From contig CAVOJR010000001.1 in the NCBI GenBank assembly GCA_963696295.1, forward strand, positions 2,784,001-2,848,000: a stretch of DNA of 64,000 bases, read 5' to 3'. The DNA is from an uncultured Chlamydiae bacterium (GTDB lineage Bacteria; Chlamydiota; Chlamydiia; Chlamydiales; JAJFMB01). Shown piece after piece: positions 49,178-55,997 of the stretch. The position numbers and the translations under genes were made by a program. The notes under the pieces are model-generated. The model worked only from the letters and a program-made list of their open reading frames with translations, searched no databases and was not told where the DNA came from. How positions within the stretch are numbered: the first letter of the stretch is position 1; the number at the start of each line of letters is the position of its first letter.

Positions 49178-50245
49178 ATGCAGCTCTATGACCCCCTCTC
49201 TCTTTTACAACTGCTGGTTACAGCCAGAGGCCCTTGCGGACAGGAAACGGAAATCCGTTCGGTCTGTTCGCAGTTGATGAAGCCGATTTGCGACCAGTTG
49301 TGGGAAGACCCCTCGGGCAACCTCATCGGCAAAATCGAAGGCAAGGATCCCAAGCGGCCAGCTATCCGTGTAATGGTCCATATGGATGAACTTTCGATGA
49401 TTGTCAAAAGGGTCAATAGCGACGGGTCTCTTGCGGTCACCTCTCTTGGCGCGCTGCACCCTTTCAATTGCGGGCAGGGTCTGGTAGAGATCATGGGCGA
49501 TAGAGCCAGAATACACGGCATCTTGTCGTTTGGCTGCATGCATGTGACCAAAGAAAGTGCTCACATAAAAAAATTTGTCTCAAAAGCATCCGACGGGAAA
49601 AATGAGACTATCGAATGGGAAGATACCTTTGTCGTCACCCGCAAAAGTGTGGAGCAGCTCAAAGCTTTAGGGGTGCATCCAGGTACTCGCGTGATACTGG
49701 CTCAATCGCGGCGGGAGCTGCAGCCTGTTGAAGATTGTGTGGCGGGATATTTTATGGATAACCGCGCTGCCATCGCCGCAGCCTTTGTCTGTTTTAACCA
49801 TTTCAAAGCCTACAAGCAGAAGCCTGCCGGCGATGTCTACCTGGTAGCCTCGGTTGCCGAAGAGATCGGAGGGCAGGGCGCCTGCTACGCCTCAAACAAG
49901 CTGCCGGGGGATATTACGGTCGCCATCGATGTGGGTCCGGTGGCAAAAGAGTACCAGACCGAACTCAACGCTTCTCCCATTATCGTTTATAAAGACCGGG
50001 TGACCGTCTATGATAAGGCCATTTGCGATAAGCTGACGGAGTTGGCCTATGATATCGGATTGGAGCCGCAGCAAGCTATTTTTGGAACTTACTCCTCAGA
50101 TGCCTCCCACCCCAAGGCGTATGGATTGACAGGTAGAGCGGCTCTGCTCGCCATCCCTACCGAAAATACTCATGGCTATGAAATTATACACCGGGATGCG
50201 ATCAATCAATGCGCCGAACTGCTCTATTCTTACCTGTTACAGTAA
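49178..50245 (+). CDS. M42 family metallopeptidase
   Basis: HMDE, MDNR, AEEIG, DVG, THGYEI. Confidence 0.88.
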   Translation: MQLYDPLSLLQLLVTARGPCGQETEIRSVCSQLMKPICDQLWEDPSGNLIGKIEGKDPKRPAIRVMVHMDELSMIVKRVNSDGSLAVTSLGALHPFNCGQGLVEIMGDRARIHGILSFGCMHVTKESAHIKKFVSKASDGKNETIEWEDTFVVTRKSVEQLKALGVHPGTRVILAQSRRELQPVEDCVAGYFMDNRAAIAAAFVCFNHFKAYKQKPAGDVYLVASVAEEIGGQGACYASNKLPGDITVAIDVGPVAKEYQTELNASPIIVYKDRVTVYDKAICDKLTELAYDIGLEPQQAIFGTYSSDASHPKAYGLTGRAALLAIPTENTHGYEIIHRDAINQCAELLYSYLLQ

Positions 50246-51402
50246 GGCATTATCTCGTCTACATCCTTCTTAGAGCCGTCTCCTATCCCCTCTCCTTTCT
50301 GCCCTTCTCCCTGCTGCAAAAGATAGGCAGGGGTCTAGGCTTTCTCGGCTATCACGCCTTTACCAAATACCGGAAACGCGCCTTAAGCAACCTAGCGCTG
50401 GCCAAAAAGCTGAATTTGACCCAGGCAGAGCGGGAAAAAGTGGCTATCCAAGCTTTTCAGAACTTGATGATGACGATGATGGAGCTCGCCCGTCTTTTGT
50501 GGCGGCCTCAAGATTTTTCCGCTCTGGCCACCTGTGAAAAAGGGGAAGTTTTCGAGGAGCCCAAAAAGCTTGGCAAAGGCGTGGTTCTCCTCTCCGCCCA
50601 CCAGGCCAATTGGGAAATTGGCGTTTTCGATCTTTTGCCCGGTTCAACAGGCGTGACGATCGGCCGCCCTTTGGCTAACCGGTTTCTTTACAGCTGGATC
50701 TTAAAAATGAGGGAACGGAACGGCAATCAGGTGGTTCCGCCTCAAAACGGCCTCCAGACGGGTATTGCCGCCTTAAATGAGGGAAAGTTTTTCGCTCTCT
50801 TTGGCGATCAGGCAAAAGTAACAAGCGACTATCACGCCCCTTTTTTGGGCAGCCGGGCCTGGACTTCGCAATCTCCGGCTATTTTGGCTTATAAAACAGG
50901 CTCTCCCTTATGCGTGATAGCTAAAAAAAGGGTGGGAGCGAAACATCTGCATACTTATTCCTCCCTGATTTGGCCCGACCGGGCGAAGCCTTGGAAAGAG
51001 GAGGTGAAGCGGATGATGGATGAGGCTTTGAGTTTAGTCGAGGAGAGCATAAAGGCCGCTCCCGGGGAGTGGCTGTGGCAGCACCGGAGATGGAAGCAGG
51101 GTATGGCTCTTGTGAAGAAAAAATACCGGCACGATTTTATTCTGCTTGTCTTTCCTGTGAAACCGGTAGACTTAAGAGAGCTGGAAGTCATATACCCCAG
51201 GGCTTTTTTTACGGCTATGGTGCCTGACGCCGGTATCCAGCTGCCAGCCCATTGGAAAAAGATTGTTTATCAGACGGAAAAAGAACTTTTTATTGAAGAC
51301 TGGAGCTTTCAGCTGGTTATCGATTTTTTGGGAGTGAAAGGGCTGAAGGAGCATTATTTATCGCTTGGCGCTTTTGAGGTAATCAATCATATTCCTAATT
51401 GA
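50209..51402 (+). CDS. htrB: Lipid A lauroyl/acyltransferase (HtrB/LpxL family) with C-terminal extension
   Basis: HQANWE, FGDQ, PGEWLWQHRRWK. Confidence 0.8.
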   Translation: MRRTALFLPVTVRHYLVYILLRAVSYPLSFLPFSLLQKIGRGLGFLGYHAFTKYRKRALSNLALAKKLNLTQAEREKVAIQAFQNLMMTMMELARLLWRPQDFSALATCEKGEVFEEPKKLGKGVVLLSAHQANWEIGVFDLLPGSTGVTIGRPLANRFLYSWILKMRERNGNQVVPPQNGLQTGIAALNEGKFFALFGDQAKVTSDYHAPFLGSRAWTSQSPAILAYKTGSPLCVIAKKRVGAKHLHTYSSLIWPDRAKPWKEEVKRMMDEALSLVEESIKAAPGEWLWQHRRWKQGMALVKKKYRHDFILLVFPVKPVDLRELEVIYPRAFFTAMVPDAGIQLPAHWKKIVYQTEKELFIEDWSFQLVIDFLGVKGLKEHYLSLGAFEVINHIPN

Positions 51403-51411
51403 ATTTATATT

Positions 51412-51565
51412 CAATGGTATCAACTTAAGGAAATTGATGAGGTGCTACGAACGCCGATCTGGCTTGCTTTGCTCCTCGTAAATAGCCAAGGCTATTCACT
51501 CGTCACAAATCAATCCATCTCGCCATTCTCGCCACCCCCTAAATTCCCTTAAGTTGATACCATTG
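51412..51565. mobile_element. 154-bp MITE, IS4/IS231-like ends, copy 1
   Basis: 19-bp perfect TIR caatggtatcaacttaagg; flanked by 10-bp direct repeat aatttatatt. Confidence 0.85.
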
Positions 51566-51575
51566 AATTTATATT

Positions 51576-51729
51576 CAATGGTATCAACTTAAGGAAATTG
51601 ATGAGGTGCTACGAACGCTGATCTGGCTTGCTTTGCTCCTCGTAAATAGCCAAGGCTATTCACTCGTCACAAATCAATCCATCTCGCCATTCTCGCCACC
51701 CCCTAAATTCCCTTAAGTTGATACCATTG
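51576..51729. mobile_element. 154-bp MITE, copy 2 (tandem)
   Basis: One C/T difference from copy 1; aatttatatt at 51402, 51566, 51730. Confidence 0.85.
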
Positions 51730-51781
51730 AATTTATATTTATTCTCTGGTAAAATTCCTTTTGTAGTAATTACTGGAAAAA

Positions 51782-52663
51782 ATGATGCTTTCTAAATTTC
51801 TAGATCCTAAAAATGATTTTGCATTCAAAAAAATCTTTGGCACCGAGAAAAATAAGGATATTCTTATTCACTTTCTCAACGATATGATTACCTTTAAAAA
51901 AAAGGAACCGATTAAGGAAGTTACTTTTTTGAAGCCTGTGCAAGACCCAGAAACTGCTGCGAAAAAGACAAGCATCGTCGATATTTTATGCAAGGATGAG
52001 AAAGGGAACACTTATATTGTCGAGATGCAAGTAGCTAAGGAAAAAGGATTTGAGAAGAGAGCGCAATATTACGCTTCCAAAGCCTATATTTCTCAAGCCA
52101 ATTCCGGCGGAAAATATCACGATCTTCAGGAAATCGTTTTTTTAGCCATCTCTGATTTTATCATGTTTCCCAATAAGAAAGCCTATAAATCGGATCATGT
52201 CATTCTGGACAAAGAGACGCATGAAAATGATTTAAAGGATTTTTCCTTTACTTTTTTAGAGCTTCCCAAGTTCCATAAAGATGTTGAACATCTTTCTAAT
52301 ATGACTGAAAAGTGGGCCTATTTTTTCAAACATGCTGCAGAGACTTCAGAAGGGGAACTGCCGCGGCTGATCGGACAGGATGAAATTATGGAAAGAGCTT
52401 ATGAGCAACTCAATCAGCTTACTTGGAGCGAGGCAGAGCTTTTGACTTATCAACAAGCTGAGAAATATGAAAAAGCCTATATAGCATCCATGGATCAAAA
52501 ATTTGATGAAGGCAAACTCCTGGGAGAAAAACTGGGATTAGAGAAAGGGGAAAAATCAGCTCAATTGAAGATTGCTAAAAACTTGCTTACGCAAGGGATC
52601 GAAATTCAAACGATCAGGGCTGCGACTGGTTTGTCTGAAAATGAAATTAAGTTACTCAAGTGA
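51782..52663 (+). CDS. Rpn family recombination-promoting nuclease / PD-(D/E)XK putative transposase
   Basis: FLDPKNDFAFKKIFG, VDILC, YIVEMQ, FLELPKF, C-terminal GxxxG repeats and IAKNLL..TGLS. Confidence 0.92.
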   Translation: MMLSKFLDPKNDFAFKKIFGTEKNKDILIHFLNDMITFKKKEPIKEVTFLKPVQDPETAAKKTSIVDILCKDEKGNTYIVEMQVAKEKGFEKRAQYYASKAYISQANSGGKYHDLQEIVFLAISDFIMFPNKKAYKSDHVILDKETHENDLKDFSFTFLELPKFHKDVEHLSNMTEKWAYFFKHAAETSEGELPRLIGQDEIMERAYEQLNQLTWSEAELLTYQQAEKYEKAYIASMDQKFDEGKLLGEKLGLEKGEKSAQLKIAKNLLTQGIEIQTIRAATGLSENEIKLLK

Positions 52664-52668
52664 AATTC

Positions 52669-53388
52669 ATGAAAAAAGGACGCTTGATCATGGGCAAGCA
52701 CTGTATCGACGAGGTGCTCAAATGCGCCCCCGAAAGAGTGCAGATCGTCTATACTTCAAAAGAAAACCGGGAAGATCCCTTATTGCAAAGGGCGGCCAAA
52801 GCAAAGATCCCCATCAAATTCGTATCCAAGAGCGAACTTACTTCGCTGGTGCAATCCGATTCCCACCAATCGTTTATCGCCGAAGTGAATGAGAAGGCCA
52901 GCCGCTCGCTTGCCGAGTTTTTGGAAGACGAGGAAGGGAAAGCGGTACTTGCCCTCGACAACATCAACGACCCCCACAATTTAGGTTCGATATTAAGGGC
53001 TGCGGAGTGCTTCGGGATTGATGCGGTGACCTTTTCCAAAAATCGGGGAGCCGATATCACAGCCGTGGTGAGCAAGACGAGTGTCGGGGGGAGCGAGCTC
53101 GTCGAGGTATTGAAAGTCTCTAATCTGGCCGAAACAGTAAAAAAATTTAAGGAATATCACTATACCGTTATCGCCGCCGATGTTTCCCCTGACGCAGTAT
53201 CCCTGTACGATTTTGTTTTTCCCGAAAAATTTTTGCTGATCCTGGGGTCGGAGGGAGAGGGGATCCAAAAGCTCATCATGCGCTATGTCGACAAGAGGGT
53301 GTATATCCCAATGAACGGGCACATCGACTCTTTGAATGTCTCGCAAGCAACGGCGGTCTTTTTATCGAGGTGGAGATCCTTAAAATAA
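52669..53388 (+). CDS. rlmB: 23S rRNA Gm2251 methyltransferase (SPOUT/TrmH family)
   Basis: LDNINDPHNLGSILR, ILGSEGEG, IPM.G.IDSLNVS. Confidence 0.85.
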   Translation: MKKGRLIMGKHCIDEVLKCAPERVQIVYTSKENREDPLLQRAAKAKIPIKFVSKSELTSLVQSDSHQSFIAEVNEKASRSLAEFLEDEEGKAVLALDNINDPHNLGSILRAAECFGIDAVTFSKNRGADITAVVSKTSVGGSELVEVLKVSNLAETVKKFKEYHYTVIAADVSPDAVSLYDFVFPEKFLLILGSEGEGIQKLIMRYVDKRVYIPMNGHIDSLNVSQATAVFLSRWRSLK

Positions 53389-53724
53389 ATGGAAGCCTTT
53401 GTTCTGTTCATATGCAATAGTCTGGCGATTTACTCGGCCCTCTATCTTCTTCCGGGGGTGCAAGTCGACAGTTATATGACGGCCATCATGGCGTCAGTTT
53501 CTCTTGGGTTGATCAGCAGTTTTCTCCACCCTATCCTCATCCTGTTCTCCCTACCCACCACGATCATCAGCACAGGGCTTTTTACCTTGGCGGTCATGCC
53601 CATTATTGTCTGGATCGCCTCGCTAATTATGCCCGGTTTTGTTCTGGACGGATTTCTATGGGCTGTCGTTTTTGGACTTATACTGGCTATTATTAACAGC
53701 TTCATTCAGTCCCTGGAACTTTGA
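53389..53724 (+). CDS. YvlD-like membrane protein (phage holin family 4.2)
   Basis: 4 TM helices; PGVQVD, PILILFSLP..STGLF, PGFVLDGF. Confidence 0.8.
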   Translation: MEAFVLFICNSLAIYSALYLLPGVQVDSYMTAIMASVSLGLISSFLHPILILFSLPTTIISTGLFTLAVMPIIVWIASLIMPGFVLDGFLWAVVFGLILAIINSFIQSLEL

Positions 53725-53924
53725 ACAGAAAATGGGTGGTCATTTTTGGACTGATACTGGCTAACCGCTTCATTCAGTCTCTGGAACTTAAGTTCTGGAC
53801 GGATTTCTATGGGTTGTCATTTTTGGACTGATACTGGCTAACCGCTTCATTCAGTCCCTGGAACTTAAGTTCTGGACGGATTTCTATGGGTGGTCAGCTT
53901 CATTCAGTACCTGGAACTTTGAAC
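53641..53924. repeat. Four diverged copies of the yvlD/dsbB convergent junction
   Basis: Copies at 53641-53726, 53732-53789, 53792-53866, 53869-53924 share gcttcattcagt..ctggaactt. Confidence 0.93.
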
Positions 53925-54309
53925 TGACAGCCAGCAAAATCATCATCATCAGAAAGGCGAGGGCCGATAGGGCCGATATGGTGACAGGCCCAAGGCCGAT
54001 GTCGGGTTTTTCGCTGCAGCTGGGGCCGGCGCCGCACATCTCAATAGGATTTAATCCCGTTTCCTGCAGGATTATTTGATAGGCCGCCAGGAGAAAACCA
54101 ATGACGGTGAGAGGAATGACATAGAGCGCAATCCCATTAAAATTGCGATAGGTGGCTATCCCCAGAATCAGGCTTAAGGGGAACATGCAGACCCGCTGGT
54201 ACCAGCAGAGGTGGCAGGGTTCCAGATGCATCGCTTCGCTAAAAATTAGGCTGCCCATAGTGCCCACACAGGCGATGAGCCAGGCGAAATAAAGGCTGTA
54301 GTATTTCAT
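53884..54309 (-). CDS. dsbB: Disulfide bond formation protein B (DsbB/BdbC)
   Basis: EPCHLCWYQR, second Cys pair CGAGPSC. Confidence 0.92.
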   Translation of the reverse strand: MKYYSLYFAWLIACVGTMGSLIFSEAMHLEPCHLCWYQRVCMFPLSLILGIATYRNFNGIALYVIPLTVIGFLLAAYQIILQETGLNPIEMCGAGPSCSEKPDIGLGPVTISALSALAFLMMMILLAVSSKFQVLNEADHP

Positions 54310-54971
54310 GGATTAGCTCCCGTTTGGCTCAATGCGGCGTCGATCAACTTGCTCACACTTTGAAGTGAGACATCATCCGACTTCATTCCATTGACATAAA
54401 GAGTCGGCGTGATTAAGCGGCCCATGATTTGGGTGCCATAAAGCGTGTTTTTCTCAATTTGGGCGCGAAACTCCTCTTTTTCCATACAGCTCTTCAATTT
54501 TGCGATGTCGATAGACGGGCTAGCCGATTTGGCCATTTTTAGAAGCGTCTCAGGGGTTGCCGGAGTCACACTGTTGTACAGAGTGTCGAGAAAGGAGAAA
54601 AAAAGCTGGGCGTTTGGGTAATTGATGTCTTGCAGATAAACGCAAATCAGCGCAGCGGCGGCTGGCATGGAACCCGAAATAAAAGAAACGGGTATCGCCG
54701 TAAAGGTGATCTGGCGGGTGTCGATATATTTTTCCTTGATTTTTGGAAACACCTGAAGGGTAAATCTTTTGCAATGGGGGCATTTAAGTTCTTCAAAAAC
54801 CACCACATGCACTTTAGCCTCCGGATTGCCGATTGTGGGTTGGCCTGTAAGATCGATGTTAGTTTTTGAGGGCAAATGGCGTTGAGCCATAAAAAAGGCA
54901 AAGCCGGAAACTACCGCGAGCGTCATCAGGGTAAACCAAAATAACTTGTGTCCTTCTTTTTGGTCCGGCAT
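54306..54971 (-). CDS. dsbA: DsbA/BdbD-like thiol:disulfide oxidoreductase
   Basis: N-terminal TM, PTIGNPEA, CPHC, TPTLYVNG; adjacent to dsbB. Confidence 0.88.
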   Translation of the reverse strand: MPDQKEGHKLFWFTLMTLAVVSGFAFFMAQRHLPSKTNIDLTGQPTIGNPEAKVHVVVFEELKCPHCKRFTLQVFPKIKEKYIDTRQITFTAIPVSFISGSMPAAAALICVYLQDINYPNAQLFFSFLDTLYNSVTPATPETLLKMAKSASPSIDIAKLKSCMEKEEFRAQIEKNTLYGTQIMGRLITPTLYVNGMKSDDVSLQSVSKLIDAALSQTGANP

Positions 54972-54993
54972 GACCAATCTCCTTGTAAGTTTT

Positions 54994-55140
54994 GGCTACT
55001 GGTTTAATTTCGTCCAGTGGTATTGGCGAAATCCCGAATTTTGCTCGTCGTCCATAGCTAGCGCTATGAACTCCTCACAATCTTCGGGATTTCTTGGTCT
55101 CGCTCCGATATACCAAGTGGACGAAAATAAACCAATAGCC
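54994..55140. mobile_element. 147-bp MITE with IS1595-like ends
   Basis: TIR ggctactggtttaatttcgtcca vs complement of tggacgaaaataaaccaatagcc, 21/23; 8-bp TSD taagtttt at 54986-93 and 55141-48. Confidence 0.85.
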
Positions 55141-55182
55141 TAAGTTTTTATTTATAAGATTGATCATTTGGAAGCAAATAGA

Positions 55183-55211
55183 TTCCCCCGCTTTTTTAGC
55201 AAGCGGGGGAA
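55183..55211 (-). terminator. Hairpin terminator after the 55220-55840 gene
   Basis: 11-bp stem ttcccccgctt / aagcgggggaa. Confidence 0.7.
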
Positions 55212-55219
55212 AGAGAAGA

Positions 55220-55840
55220 TTATTGATTAGCGCCGGCTGGTTGTACTAGCGGTTGGGAAGTCATGGGTTGTGGTGTTGTTGTGGGTTGTGGAACAGTTGG
55301 TTGTGTAGCTGGTTGCTCTGTTTCTTGTTCTTCACCGGCAGCTTGTGGTTTAAGACCTTGTCTTAATATAGATTTGTTATCAGTCAAAACCAGCATGCCA
55401 TAAACTTCGCCGTTAACGGTTAACAAATAACGTCCATTTGGCAGACCTTGAGGAAGATCACCTTTTGTAAAGGTGAAAGAACCATGTTGCGGGCCTACCA
55501 TAGTGACTTGCGCATCCCCTGCAGGACGAAGCGTCAGCGATAAAGCCCCGGGAATAATTCCTGTAGGACTAATTACGCTGATAGAAGAAATTTCCAAGTC
55601 AGAAGCATTGGGCATATCGGCTTTAGTTTTAACGTTCAGCTGAAAATTTTTGCCCTGTTCAACAACTTCCGCCGTCATTGATTTTCTCCAGCCCTTAAAA
55701 GGCCCCATCTTCTTGCTTTCCATATTCATATTCGTATTATTATCGTTATTGTTATCTTTCGCGCTGTTAGCATTATCAGACGCTGCATAAGCAGATGTCA
55801 ATGCAACAACGGCAGCTAGAGTTAGTAAATATTTTTTCAT
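55220..55840 (-). CDS. Secreted hypothetical protein with Asn-rich N-terminus and Q/P/T-rich tail
   Basis: Signal peptide MKKYLLTLAAVVALTSAYA; own terminator. Confidence 0.75.
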   Translation of the reverse strand: MKKYLLTLAAVVALTSAYAASDNANSAKDNNNDNNTNMNMESKKMGPFKGWRKSMTAEVVEQGKNFQLNVKTKADMPNASDLEISSISVISPTGIIPGALSLTLRPAGDAQVTMVGPQHGSFTFTKGDLPQGLPNGRYLLTVNGEVYGMLVLTDNKSILRQGLKPQAAGEEQETEQPATQPTVPQPTTTPQPMTSQPLVQPAGANQ

Positions 55841-55997
55841 TCTTTCACCCCTATAGTTAAATTAATTCTTCGCCTGTTTAAATTACAAGCAACTTAATTA
55901 TACCAATTTTATTTTTTTTGTAAAAAGCAATATTTAAGTTTCTGAAAACCAATTCATTAAGCGGCCAAATATGAGTAAAGCCTTAATTAGTAATTTG

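Noticed and set aside
51782..52663. rpn as the autonomous transposase of the adjacent MITEs
   Set aside because: No matching TIR was seen downstream of rpn, and the MITE ends resemble IS4-family DDE elements rather than a PD-(D/E)XK system.
53389..53724. Prophage suggested by a 'phage holin family' protein
   Set aside because: YvlD-like proteins are common chromosomal membrane proteins, and no phage genes are nearby.
42347..53924. Junction repeats as assembly artefacts
   Set aside because: Most copies differ by multiple substitutions and deletions, which mis-assembly would not create; only the near-identical pairs (32699/32846 and the MITE dimer) still need read confirmation.
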